From: Acidobacteriota bacterium
GTDB taxonomy: Bacteria > Acidobacteriota > Thermoanaerobaculia > Multivoradales > JBCCEF01
Assembly (NCBI GenBank): GCA_039028635.1
Contig: JBCCHV010000005.1
Location: 12,118 to 76,117, forward strand
Direction of reading: 5' to 3'
DNA: 64,000 nt
The notes beneath the pieces are model-generated. The model made no database searches. It was not told the DNA's origin and saw nothing but the letters and a program-made list of their open reading frames with translations. Shown here one piece after another: positions 27,369 to 38,980 of this stretch; position 1 is the stretch's first letter, and every line of letters starts with the position of its first letter. A program made the position numbers and the translations under genes.

Positions 27369-28375
27369 AGCGGCGCCCCCGAACGTCCGAACCAGAAGTC
27401 GATCTCGGCGGCGGCGACAGTGCGGCGCCCCTGGATGAGGCGACGGCGCTGGCGGATCTCTCGGCGATGGCGCCACAGCCAGAGAAACGCCGGCAGCGAC
27501 GAGCGCTCGCGCAGCAGCACATAGCCAACCGCCAGCAGGTCGCGCAGCAGCGCCGCCGGCAGGGTGCGCCAGAAGTTGCGGCGGGTCTGGTGGTAGGCGC
27601 GCAGCAGATAGCGATTCTTGAGCGAGTGGAGATTGACCTCGGCCGGCATCTGGCGGCGCCGTTCGGGCAGATTCCAGCGCCGATGCTCGGCCCGCGCGGT
27701 GGGCTCGTAGAGAATCTCCCAACCACGCTCGCGGAGGCGAAAGCAGAGCTCCGCATCCTCGCGGAAGGAGTGGAAGCGGGGATCGAAAATCTCACCGTCG
27801 AGGGCGACGTCGTCGAGGGCGGCGCGGCGGAAGAGGCTGGCCGCTCCGGTGGCGCCGAACACGCGATCGGCAACGTTCCACTGGTCGCGATCGACCGCCC
27901 CGGAGCCACGATCGAGGTGACGCCAGGTGGCGGTCAGGCGCATGCCGCAGGCATCGAGATGGCGCACGCCGTCGACTTCCGGACGCAGCAGACGACCGGT
28001 GACGGCGCCGACCTGCAAGTCCTCGTGCGCGGCGGCCCGGCGCAGCAGCCGGCGCAAGAAGTCGGCCTGCGGCCGAGCATCCGCATTGAGGGTCAGAAAC
28101 CAAGGATCCTGGGAACGCGCCAGGGCGCGATTCATGCCGCCGGCGAAGCCGCGGTTGTCGGCCAGGGCCTCGACCTCGAAGGCGATGCCGGCGGCGAGCA
28201 GGCGGGCCGACTCGCGGCGCGCCGCCTCCACCGAACCGTCGCTGCTGGCACAGTCCACCACCACCACCCGCAGGGGCCGGTGCCCGAGGCGGGCGATGGC
28301 AGCGAAGCATTCGCCGAGATCGTCGCTACTGTTGAAGGTGACGATGGCGACGGTGACCGCTTCGGCGGCGCTCAT
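27365..28375 (-). CDS. Glycosyltransferase family 2
   Basis: VTVAIVTFNSSDDL...VVVVDCASSDGS.... ATGA overlap with the next GT2. Confidence 0.8.
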   Translation of the reverse strand: MSAAEAVTVAIVTFNSSDDLGECFAAIARLGHRPLRVVVVDCASSDGSVEAARRESARLLAAGIAFEVEALADNRGFAGGMNRALARSQDPWFLTLNADARPQADFLRRLLRRAAAHEDLQVGAVTGRLLRPEVDGVRHLDACGMRLTATWRHLDRGSGAVDRDQWNVADRVFGATGAASLFRRAALDDVALDGEIFDPRFHSFREDAELCFRLRERGWEILYEPTARAEHRRWNLPERRRQMPAEVNLHSLKNRYLLRAYHQTRRNFWRTLPAALLRDLLAVGYVLLRERSSLPAFLWLWRHRREIRQRRRLIQGRRTVAAAEIDFWFGRSGAPL

Positions 28376-29322
28376 GGCGTCTCCCCGAGGCGCCGCCAGG
28401 CACTCGGCCAGCGCCAGCCGCTGAGGGCGCCGAGGGCGAGCGCCCCATAGGCGGTCATCGCCTGGCCACGGGAGCGGGCGCGCCGCGGCCGGCGCAACGG
28501 CAGCAGCAGGATACGCAGCAGCGCCGCCAGCGGCAGCAGCAGGCGCGCCAGCGGCGCCAGCCAGGCGCCGTGATGCTTGCGGCCGTAGCGCAGCAGGTTG
28601 CGGTAGTAGATCCAGAGAAAGGGACCGAGGCCCAAGCCTTCGACGGTGGCGCCGAGATGGTGGCGAAACTCCGCCGCCGGGTGGTAGCGCAAGCGCTCGC
28701 CGGCGGTCGCCAGACGGCGCGCGAAGTCGACATCCTCGAACCAGGCCGGGTAGAAAGCCTCGTCGAAGCCCCCCAGGCGATCGAAGACCGCCCGCCGCAC
28801 CGCCTGGGCGGCCGCCGCCGGCTGCTCGACGACGCTCCCCCCAGCCGGTTCCTCGTCCGGCCCCCCCCCCACCGGCACCAGGCAGGCCTGGAGCAGCAGA
28901 TCCGCAGAGCGAGGCAAGGGGCGAAGCTGCCAGGCGGTCTGGCGAGCGCCGTCGGGACCGATCAACCGCGGCGCCAGGCCGGCGACGGCGGGATCGGCGA
29001 CGAAGCCCTCGAGCAACCGCTCGAGAGCTCCCGGTCGGGGCACGATGTCGGGGTTGAGGATCAATAACAGGGGAGCCCGCGCCACCCGCGCGCCGGCGTT
29101 GACGCCGCCGGAGAAGCCGAGGTTTCGCCCCGGCGATACCCAGCCCGCCCCAAGCTCCGCCGCGAGGTCCGCGAGGGAGCCGTCGGAGCCGTTGTCGACC
29201 ACCACCAGCTCGAACCGGGGATCGTCCGGCCAGGCGGCCCACAGGGCCCGCAGATGGTCCTCTCCCCGCCAGTGGACGACGATGGCGGAGAGTTGGGGAT
29301 CGGGCGGCAGGGAGGAGCCCAT
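28372..29322 (-). CDS. Glycosyltransferase family 2
   Basis: LSAIVVHWRGEDHL...LVVVDNGSDGS. Confidence 0.75.
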   Translation of the reverse strand: MGSSLPPDPQLSAIVVHWRGEDHLRALWAAWPDDPRFELVVVDNGSDGSLADLAAELGAGWVSPGRNLGFSGGVNAGARVARAPLLLILNPDIVPRPGALERLLEGFVADPAVAGLAPRLIGPDGARQTAWQLRPLPRSADLLLQACLVPVGGGPDEEPAGGSVVEQPAAAAQAVRRAVFDRLGGFDEAFYPAWFEDVDFARRLATAGERLRYHPAAEFRHHLGATVEGLGLGPFLWIYYRNLLRYGRKHHGAWLAPLARLLLPLAALLRILLLPLRRPRRARSRGQAMTAYGALALGALSGWRWPSAWRRLGETP

Positions 29323-29363
29323 CGCCCTACCCTACAACGATTTCCGAGCCCGACCCCCGGCCC

Positions 29364-29654
29364 TCAGCTCTCCCGCGGCGCCAGAATCAGATAGAGCAAC
29401 GGGCCGGCGACTCCGACCACCGCCGTCAAGATCAGGTATGGCCAGACGGTGCGCTGCTGACGACGGGCATCGCGGAACATCCAGATCCCCATCAACACCA
29501 AGCAGATGGTGAGATCCCACATCACAAGCTGAGTCGCCGAGTTGGCGTTGACCAGCTCGAACCAGCCCAGATAACCGTGCTCCCGCAGAACCATCGCCGT
29601 CATGGCGAGGAACAGCACCAGGACCAGGGTGAGGACGATCTTCTTCCAGCTCAT
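29364..29654 (-). CDS. Small integral membrane protein (96 aa, about 3 TM)
   Basis: MSWKKIVLTLVLVLFLAMTAMVL.... Confidence 0.45.
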   Translation of the reverse strand: MSWKKIVLTLVLVLFLAMTAMVLREHGYLGWFELVNANSATQLVMWDLTICLVLMGIWMFRDARRQQRTVWPYLILTAVVGVAGPLLYLILAPRES

Positions 29655-29891
29655 CGCATCATCTCCTTTGTTTCGTCGTGATTCCCTCGGTCGCCTGCAG
29701 TGCGGGATCCGCGCCAGCCTCCGCCAGGCCGTGGATTCCGGCCCGATGGCACTCCGACAGCGCCAGCGGCGTTGCAGCGCTGCAACGGACGAAGCCGTTT
29801 CGCAACGGCGCGGGGTCCCGTATCCTCGGTGACGAGCCCGTACCCCGCGGCCAGACCCTTGGCCCGTCCTTTGCTGACCTCCGTCACCCTG

Positions 29892-30847
29892 ATGAAGCCA
29901 CTCATCCGCCTCCCCCGACGCCACGAGCGCTGGTGGTTTGCCGCCGCCGGATTCGCCCTCGGCCTGGCGGAGTCGGCCCTGGCGCTGGGATTCGGGCTCA
30001 GCTTCCGCCTCGGTGAGCGCGACGTCACCTGGTGGGTGGTGACCTTCTGGGAGCTCAGCCTCGCCCTCGGCGGCTACCTTGTCGGCCTCGCCCTCGAGAG
30101 CCGCCGGCGCGAGCGCCAGGCGAAGCAGGACTTGGCCGAGCAAGGCCGCGCCTCGGCCCGGTTGCAGAGCCGCCTGGCGCAGTCCGAGAAGCTCGCCTCC
30201 CTGGGCCAAGTCACCAGCTTCGTGGCGCACGAGGTGCGCAATCCGCTGGCGATCATCCGCACCCTGGTGCAGAACCTCGCGGAGACCCTGCCAGCCGCCG
30301 ACGCCGGCGGACGCGACAGCTGCCGCCAGGTGATGGACGAGGTCGACCGCCTATCGCGGGTCACCCAAACCCTGGTGGACTTCGCCCGACCGGTGACGGT
30401 GAATCCGGAGCGGATCGCGCTGGCGGAGTTGGTCGGTCGCACCTCCGACCTTGCCCGGCCACTCCTCGAGAGCCGTGGAGTCTCCCTGCAGACCGAGCTC
30501 GCGGCACCCCCGGACGTCGCCCTGCGGGCCGACCCCGATCTGCTCTGCCAGGTCCTCCTCGGGCTGATCGCCAACGCCGCCGAAGCATCGCCGGCGGGCG
30601 GCCGCATCGACCTCACCGCCGCCCGCCAGGGGGACCAGGTAGAGCTCACCATTCGCGATCAGGGGCCGGGAGTGCCGGAGGATCTGCGGGATCGCATCTT
30701 CGAGCCCTTCTTCACCACCCGCCGCGACGGCGCCGGCCTCGGCCCGGCGGTTGCGCGGCAGATCGTGCGCGCCCATGGCGGGCGCATCGCCGCCGGCGAC
30801 GACGACCTCGGGGGTGGCCGCTTCGCCATCGAGCTGGCGGTGGCGCC

Positions 30848-30851
<4 letters not shown>
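29892..30851 (+). CDS. Sensor histidine kinase (2 TM, HisKA and HATPase domains)
   Basis: H-box SFVAHEVRNPL. G boxes IRDQGPGVPED and GAGLGPAV. Confidence 0.85.
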
Positions 30852-32206
<1,355 letters not shown>

Positions 32207-32480
32207 AGTCTTGGTCTCGATCTTTCTCACTAACCTGCTCGTAGGCTGCGGGGCTGCCCAGGCTCGCTTCGAGGGTTGGCCGTCCGGTGCATTCGTACCG
32301 GGCGGCGAGGTGAGCTGAATACCGACAGAAGAGAGCGAGCCGTCTGCTAGGCAGCAGACGGCCTTCGAGCGCGATCAGCGCGAGGCGGCGGCAGAGCCGC
32401 CGTGGACGGGGGTGAGGCCGCACGACATGTGCGTGCGGCCGAGGGGGGCGCCTTGAGCCCCCCTGAGACAAAACGACCCG

Positions 32481-34334
32481 CTAGGAAGCCGCGCGGCGCT
32501 CGAAGCTTTCGAGGTCGAGGCCGGCCTCGACGGCGGCTCGGAAGTCCTCGGCGCTCATCGCCCCCACCGGGTGACCGGTCTCCTCTTCGAGGTCGAGGAT
32601 GAAGTCCCACCAAACCTTTTCGCGGCGCGAGATATCGTCGGCATCGCGCACCTGCCCGAAGTCCTGGACATAGCGGTTGTGGCGGCAGAGCATGCGGAAG
32701 ACGTGGCGGGTGTTGGGACGCTCCTCGGTGAGGCCGAGGACGCGCACGTCGTTGCCGACCTCATGAATCGGCTGGCCCCACTCGCTGTATCCACCGAAGA
32801 TGGTGCCGAGCTTGTCGAGGGCATTCGCCAGCTTGGGCTGCTTGAGGCGCTTGAGCACCCGGGTCAGCACCGGCAGCGTGACGTTGCGGTGCAGGGTCGG
32901 GTCGGCGAGCTTGATCTCCACCCCGAGCTCCTGGTGGACGATCTTCTGGATCTGCTCCGAGGTCAGCCGGTTGTCCGTCGCCAGGTGCACACGCTCGCCG
33001 ACGGCGAGGGGCTTCTTGAGGGCCGCCAGGATGCCCTCGACGACGCGATCCACCGGAATCAGGTTGATCTCCGCCGTCGGGTCGCCCGGGAAGATGCAGG
33101 CCATACGCGCAATCACCGAGGCCTTCGAACGGTCGAACCAGCGCCCCTCGCCCTTGGGCACATCGAGGGCCTGTTTGGCGCGGCCGAAGGCATTGACCGG
33201 GGCGTTGACCACCTTGGTGTCGCCGCGATTGTTGCCGGCCCGCGATTCGCCGATCACGATCGCCGGATTGAGCTGCACCACCCGCAACCCCTTCTCCAAG
33301 ATGAAGCGCTCGGTCTCGATCGACGCCATCGCCTTGGTGAGCTCATAGTAGTTGTTGTAGAAGTTGCGCGGAAAAACCACCTCGTCCTCGCGCGCCACCG
33401 CCGCCGTCTGACGGCCGTGGATGTAGGAGGTCTCGATGCCGAGGTGAGCCACGAATGGGCTGCCTTCGGCCGACTGCAGGGCATGGGAAAAGCGCAGTGC
33501 GTTGAGGGTGCCGGTGACGTTGTCGCGGAAGGACTTCTCGTAGGGATCGTCGAAGGCGACGCTGGCGGCGCAATGGATGACGTGGGTGAGCCGCTCCTGG
33601 AGGGCCGCGAGCTCATCCGCGGCGATCCCCATATTGGGCTGCTCGACGTCGCCGGCCACGAAGGAGAACTTGGCCCGCTGCTCCGGCTCCGTCAGCCAGA
33701 GGCGATCGAGGAGCAGCTCACCGCGGTCCGCCGGCGAGAGCGTCTTGATGACCTCCTTGGTCTTGCGATCACGGATGGTCTTGGGACGGATCAGCACCAC
33801 CATCTCGGTGACCTCGTCGTCCTGTGCCGCCTGCCAAAGTATTTCCTGACCGACGAAGCCCGTGCCGCCGGTGAGCAACACCCGGATGCCGCCACCGCCG
33901 TCGGCCGTCGCCGCCGCCAGCTGGTCCACCGACTCCTGGCGCAAGCGGGCCAGGATGGCGTCGATCTCTTCCCGGCTGTGGGGGTGCTTCCTGTAGCGGA
34001 AGTAGTACTCGCGATCCTTGAGGCCGAACAGCGCCTTCGACACCCGCGTCGGGTCCTGACGGGTGACCTTGCCGAGCATCTGGGCCGTCTTGTGCCCCAA
34101 ACGCCGCACTTCCTTCATGCGACGGCGGGCCCGATCTTCGTCGCCCGTCGTCGCCACCATCCGGCTCATGAATCGCCGCGCCTGGACGTCGACGACGTGG
34201 TAGTCGCGGTGGTGGCTAACCAGCAGATGGCGCGGCAGAATTTCGTCGTCGAGCATCTCGCCGGTCATCAAGCTGACCTTCTCGATATAGCGGGATGGTG
34301 AGATCTCCTCGGCTACCTTGGCGTCTTCGGACAT
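32481..34334 (-). CDS. NAD-binding acyl/thioester-reductase-like protein (male-sterility NAD_binding_4 type) with an N-terminal extension of about 190 aa
   Basis: LLTGGTGFVGQEIL...FVAGDVEQPNMGI...HCAASVAFD. GGAAGGGG RBS before the ATG at 34334. Confidence 0.65.
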   Translation of the reverse strand: MSEDAKVAEEISPSRYIEKVSLMTGEMLDDEILPRHLLVSHHRDYHVVDVQARRFMSRMVATTGDEDRARRRMKEVRRLGHKTAQMLGKVTRQDPTRVSKALFGLKDREYYFRYRKHPHSREEIDAILARLRQESVDQLAAATADGGGGIRVLLTGGTGFVGQEILWQAAQDDEVTEMVVLIRPKTIRDRKTKEVIKTLSPADRGELLLDRLWLTEPEQRAKFSFVAGDVEQPNMGIAADELAALQERLTHVIHCAASVAFDDPYEKSFRDNVTGTLNALRFSHALQSAEGSPFVAHLGIETSYIHGRQTAAVAREDEVVFPRNFYNNYYELTKAMASIETERFILEKGLRVVQLNPAIVIGESRAGNNRGDTKVVNAPVNAFGRAKQALDVPKGEGRWFDRSKASVIARMACIFPGDPTAEINLIPVDRVVEGILAALKKPLAVGERVHLATDNRLTSEQIQKIVHQELGVEIKLADPTLHRNVTLPVLTRVLKRLKQPKLANALDKLGTIFGGYSEWGQPIHEVGNDVRVLGLTEERPNTRHVFRMLCRHNRYVQDFGQVRDADDISRREKVWWDFILDLEEETGHPVGAMSAEDFRAAVEAGLDLESFERRAAS

Positions 34335-34625
34335 CGGCAAATCCCCTTCCGCGGAGAATGTTGGAAAGTCGGCCCAAAGGTATCTTGGCCGTCGGCGGGA
34401 CGCAAGGACGACGGCGGGAGGAACCACCCCCTCGGCCAGCGGACTGTCTCGGCCGACGGTCCTCGGCAAGGATTCACCTATAAGAATTCAAAGGCATATA
34501 TTCAGTGCCATGACACTCAGCAAAGGGAAACCAAGTACTTTGTTTTTCGTCACTTGCGTGCTATGGTCGCACTTCCTTTGAAGGCTTGATTTCCTCTGCA
34601 ATCTGGGCGTTGATCGGACGGACCC

Positions 34626-37034
34626 TTGGCGGACTTGGATACTCAGCACACCCCTTCCAGCGAGCCCTCGCGGGCAGCGCGCGGCAGTGACTGGATGCAC
34701 CGGGCACCGGTCCCCCTGATGCGCTGCCGCGGCGACCGTCCGATCGCCGTCAATGCAGCCTGGGAGCGACTCACCGGCTGGTCCGCCGACGAGCTGACCG
34801 GCGAATCCCTCGGCCAGCGCGTCCGCCCCGACCATCAACCGGCCCTGCGCGAGCTCCTCGCCCTCGAGAGAGACCACCTGGAAGTGCCATTCCTGGAGGC
34901 CGATGGTGGCCACCGGTGGCTCGAGCTGACGGTGCAGGCGGACGGCGACGAGGTGGTGATCGCAGCCTTCGACATCGCCCGCTACAAGCAACTCGAGGAC
35001 GTCGGCCGCCAGCAGGCGACCCATCTCAAGCTGGCCCAGCGGGCCGGCCGCAGCGTCACCTGGGAATGGGACGTGGTGCGCGACGAGATCAGCGTTCCCG
35101 GCAACACCCGCCGGCTGCAAGAGCTCTCCGGATTCCGCGGCCGCCCAACGCGTCAGGCAATCCTGCCCTTCGTCCATCCTTCCGACCAGGGGCGCCTGCA
35201 ACAGGCCCTGCAGCAATGTCTACAGTCCGGCCAACCGCTGTCGCTGGAAGTTCGGATGCGCGGCGCGAACGGCGTCTTCGGCCCCATCCTGCTGCGCGGC
35301 AAGGCAGTAGAGGAAGGGCGCCGGGTGGTGGGCGTGGCTACCGACATCGCCGAGCAGCGACGCACCGAGCGCGAGCTGCGGCAAGAGCGGGAGCGCGCCG
35401 AAGTCACCCTCAACTCGATTGGCGACGGCGTCATTCGAACCGACGCCGATGGCCGCATCGACTACCTCAACGCCGCCGGCGAGCTGCTCCTGGCACGCGA
35501 TCACGAGCGCCTCGAAGGGCGTCCCTTCGACGAGGTGGTACGCCTGCTGGCGGACGACTCCAGCCAACCCCTGCGCTCGCCCCTCGACCACTGCCTGCGA
35601 GCGGAAGGCGCCTGGCGCGCTACCCTGCTGTCGCCGCGCCTCGGGGAGCGTGACGTCAGTCTCTCGGCGGCCGCCCTTCATCACGGCGGAGAGCGGCGCG
35701 GCGGCGTAGTTGTCGCCCGCGATCTCACCGAGGCCGAGACCGCCGCCCGCCACGCATCCTTTCTCGCCACCCACGACGAACTCACCAGCCTCACCCATCG
35801 CGGCGAATTCGAGAGCCGGCTCCTTCGCGCCATCGACGAGGCGGCGGCGAGCTCGCCGGAAGAGCCGCTTGCCCTCTGTCACCTCGACCTCGACGACCTC
35901 GGCCTGATCAACGAGGTCCACGGGCACGCCGCCGGCGATGCGGTGCTGGCGCAGTTCGCCTCGTTCCTCAAGTGCCGTTTCGGCGGCCCCCGGGTCCTCG
36001 GCCGGCTGGGGGGCGACGAGTTCGGCCTGTTGCTCCGCGACACCTCGCCGCCGGCGGCTCGCCAGGCCATCGAGTCGCTGGTCGACGAGCTGCGCGGCCT
36101 GCGCTTCACCGCCGATTCGAAGGCGGTGTCGGTGCGCGCCAGCATCGGTCTGGTGGCGGTGAGCCTGCGCGGCGGCGCCCAGCAGGCCCTCGAAACGGCG
36201 CGCGCCGCCTGTGATCTGGCCCGCCGACAGGGCGGTGACCGGGTCAAGGAGTACCGCCCCGACGACGGCGAGATCTCGGCCCGCTGGGACAACGTCGATC
36301 GCGTCCGGGCCCTGCACGCCGCCCTTTCCGGCGACGGCTTCCGACTCTTCGCGCAGCCGCTGCGCACCTGCGCCGGCAGCGACACCGCCGATCGCCTCGA
36401 GCTGTTGCTGCGCATGGACGGCGAGAACGGCGAGCTGATCCTGCCGGAAGAGTTCATGCCCCTCGCCGAACGCCACCGCTTCGCCCGCGAGATCGACCGC
36501 TGGGTGCTGGCCCGCGCCCTCGAGCAACTCGCCGAGTCGCCGTCCCTGCGTTTGGCCATCAACCTGTCGCGGCAGTCGATTGCCGACGAGGCTTTCGTCC
36601 GCGAGCTGATGACCGCCCTCGAAAGCCAGCGGGTCGACCCCAACCGCCTCTGGCTCGAAATCACCGAGGCCGCCGACTCGGAGGAGACCCGGCGCCGCAT
36701 GCACGCCCTGCGCAGTCGCGGCTGTCGCTTTGTCCTCGACGACTTCGGCAGCGGCAGAAGCTCCTTTGCCACGCTGCGAGACTTGCCGGTAGACTTCCTC
36801 AAGATCGACGGACATCTCGTCCGGGGAATCTGTCACGACCCCACCCAGCTAGCGTTGGTCGAGGCGATCAACCAGGTCGGCCATGTGATGCAGCTCAAGA
36901 CCATTGCCGAAGGGGTCGAAGACGAGGCGACCTTCACGGCGCTGCGGCGCATGCGGGTGGATTTCGCCCAGGGATTCTGGGTTGCGCCCCCGCACCCCCT
37001 CGAGCTGCGAGGAAATCGGGTCACCACCCCCTGA
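34626..37034 (+). CDS. PAS-GGDEF-EAL signalling protein (c-di-GMP turnover)
   Basis: GGDEF motif LGGDEFGLLL. EAL-domain signatures FAQPL...ELLLR, DDFGSG and KIDG. Confidence 0.85.
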   Translation: MADLDTQHTPSSEPSRAARGSDWMHRAPVPLMRCRGDRPIAVNAAWERLTGWSADELTGESLGQRVRPDHQPALRELLALERDHLEVPFLEADGGHRWLELTVQADGDEVVIAAFDIARYKQLEDVGRQQATHLKLAQRAGRSVTWEWDVVRDEISVPGNTRRLQELSGFRGRPTRQAILPFVHPSDQGRLQQALQQCLQSGQPLSLEVRMRGANGVFGPILLRGKAVEEGRRVVGVATDIAEQRRTERELRQERERAEVTLNSIGDGVIRTDADGRIDYLNAAGELLLARDHERLEGRPFDEVVRLLADDSSQPLRSPLDHCLRAEGAWRATLLSPRLGERDVSLSAAALHHGGERRGGVVVARDLTEAETAARHASFLATHDELTSLTHRGEFESRLLRAIDEAAASSPEEPLALCHLDLDDLGLINEVHGHAAGDAVLAQFASFLKCRFGGPRVLGRLGGDEFGLLLRDTSPPAARQAIESLVDELRGLRFTADSKAVSVRASIGLVAVSLRGGAQQALETARAACDLARRQGGDRVKEYRPDDGEISARWDNVDRVRALHAALSGDGFRLFAQPLRTCAGSDTADRLELLLRMDGENGELILPEEFMPLAERHRFAREIDRWVLARALEQLAESPSLRLAINLSRQSIADEAFVRELMTALESQRVDPNRLWLEITEAADSEETRRRMHALRSRGCRFVLDDFGSGRSSFATLRDLPVDFLKIDGHLVRGICHDPTQLALVEAINQVGHVMQLKTIAEGVEDEATFTALRRMRVDFAQGFWVAPPHPLELRGNRVTTP

Positions 37035-37090
37035 GGGCGATCGCAACGGATGGCGGGCGAGCCCCCGGCTGCCCCTGGGAGAAACAGGTC

Positions 37091-38812
37091 ATGAAAGGCT
37101 TCATCGCGGCATTGGCCGTACTCGCCCTCGCCCTCCCGATGGCGGCAACGGCGCAATCCGCCCACAGCCTCATCCTCAGCCACGCCCGCCAGACCGGCGA
37201 CCTGCCGCCGCGGCTCCAGGTCTACCTCGACGTGGTCGACGACGAGGGCCGAGCGGTGACCGCCATCGCTCCGCCCCAGCTCACCGGCACCCTCGGCCAG
37301 GAGCGCCTCGACCTCGACCGCCTGCGTCCCTTCGACGCCACCGGCGAAGGCGTCGGCTATCTGTTCCTGGTCGACATCTCGAAGTCCCTCAGCGAGGCCC
37401 AGTTCCGTCAGATTCGCTCTGCCCTCGGCACCTGGCTGGGCGATTTGCGACCGGCGGATCGCGCCGCCATCCTGGCCTTCGGTGACAGCAGCCGGCTGGT
37501 GGTCGATTTCACCAGCGATGTTGCGACGCTGCGGGCCGGTCTCGATGATCTGGGCCCCACGGACCAGCGAACCCTTCTCCACCGCGCCCTGGTGGACGCC
37601 CTCGAGCTCGGTCGACAACGGGATCAGCAGATTCCCGGACGACGGGTGCTGGTGGTGCTCACCGATGGCAAGGACGAAGGCAGCGGGCTGCTGCCGGAAG
37701 ACGTGCTGACCAAGCTGCGCCAAGACCCGATGCCGATCTACGCCATCGGCGTCAGCAAGCTGCCAACAGCGGAGCAGCAGAGGTACCTCGAGGTGCTGCA
37801 CCGCTTCGCTTCCAACTCCGGCGGCGCCTTCTACACCGGCAGTGAATCCTTCGAGGACCAATACGGCGAGATTCGGGATGCCATCCGGCGAGTCTGGGTC
37901 GCGGAGATGAGCTGCGCCGGCTGCCGCGTCGATGGCGAGAGCTACCGCCTTCAGCTCCAGCTCGAGCACAGCGGCAGGCGTCTGTCCCAGGGCACCGACC
38001 TGCGCCTCCTCCCCACCGTCTCCTCGACCGCCGCCAGCGGCAGCGGAACGGCGGCGTCCTCCAGCGTCGAGGGCTCGGCAGGCGATCCCCAGGGGCGGGA
38101 TCCGATGACCGCAGAACCTCCGCCGCCGGCCGGCGGAGAAGTCGGGCCCGACACCGCGACCTCGCCCCAAACCACCACCGAGACGCCGCGCACCGATCCC
38201 GGCCGAAGCGACCCGACCGCGGCCACGGACCCCGCGGACCGAGCGACCACGGGCGCTGCGCGACCCTGGTGGAAGAACCCCACCCTCTGGCTGATCCTGC
38301 TCGCCCTCGGACTGCTCGGCTGGCTGCTCTCCCTGCGCCGCCGCAAGCAGCCCCGGGAGGAGCCAGCCCCCAGCGAAGACCTCGAGGCGACAGCCGCCCT
38401 CGGCGACCTGCCGACCGAAGATGGTGAAGCCACCATGCCGGGGGCCGCCGCCATCGCCGCCGCTGGCGGCATCGATCCGCCGGGCGCCGAGATCACCGGT
38501 GTCTTCAATCCCCGCAGCGTACGCTTCGTCGTCCTGCGGGGAAGCCGCAAGGGCAAGGAGTACCGCCTCCTGCTGCGCAACAAGGCGACCATCGGCTCGC
38601 GCTCGACCTGCGACCTGGTCCTCGCCGACGAGGAGGACATCGCCGCCGAGCAGTTCGAGCTGGTGCAGCTCGACCGCCAGGTCTTCATCCGCAATCTGGC
38701 GGAGCGTGCCCCGACGCTGGTCAACGGTCTGACCCTGAGCGAAGGCCAGACCCTCAAGACCAACGACCTGGTCGGCACCCGCGGCACCATTTTTCGCACC
38801 GTGATCTTCTAG
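37091..38812 (+). CDS. Signal peptide + VWA domain + TM + C-terminal FHA domain protein
   Basis: VWA motifs YLFLVDISKS and VLVVLTDGKDEG. TM segment WLILLALGLLGWLL. FHA-like C-terminus (ATIGSRSTCDLVLAD...FELVQLDRQVFIRNL). Confidence 0.7.
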   Translation: MKGFIAALAVLALALPMAATAQSAHSLILSHARQTGDLPPRLQVYLDVVDDEGRAVTAIAPPQLTGTLGQERLDLDRLRPFDATGEGVGYLFLVDISKSLSEAQFRQIRSALGTWLGDLRPADRAAILAFGDSSRLVVDFTSDVATLRAGLDDLGPTDQRTLLHRALVDALELGRQRDQQIPGRRVLVVLTDGKDEGSGLLPEDVLTKLRQDPMPIYAIGVSKLPTAEQQRYLEVLHRFASNSGGAFYTGSESFEDQYGEIRDAIRRVWVAEMSCAGCRVDGESYRLQLQLEHSGRRLSQGTDLRLLPTVSSTAASGSGTAASSSVEGSAGDPQGRDPMTAEPPPPAGGEVGPDTATSPQTTTETPRTDPGRSDPTAATDPADRATTGAARPWWKNPTLWLILLALGLLGWLLSLRRRKQPREEPAPSEDLEATAALGDLPTEDGEATMPGAAAIAAAGGIDPPGAEITGVFNPRSVRFVVLRGSRKGKEYRLLLRNKATIGSRSTCDLVLADEEDIAAEQFELVQLDRQVFIRNLAERAPTLVNGLTLSEGQTLKTNDLVGTRGTIFRTVIF

Positions 38813-38980
38813 CCTCAGCTCCCTCGAGCTGGCGGTAGAAACCACGGTCTTACCGACACTTCCAGCAAACACTCCCTTCTCCCCGGGCCGGTGCTCCGTG
38901 TACACTGGCGCGCAACCACGTTCGACCAACCCGTCGACCTGACGTTCTCGACATCGCCGTTGAGGGAGCCGGAGGGAAGC

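Noticed and set aside
30032-30847. N-terminal 270-aa extension of the NtrC-like ORF (724-aa version)
   Set aside because: The extension is an out-of-frame read-through of the histidine-kinase gene. The REC domain begins at MTARILVVDDE (30848), with an ATGA junction.
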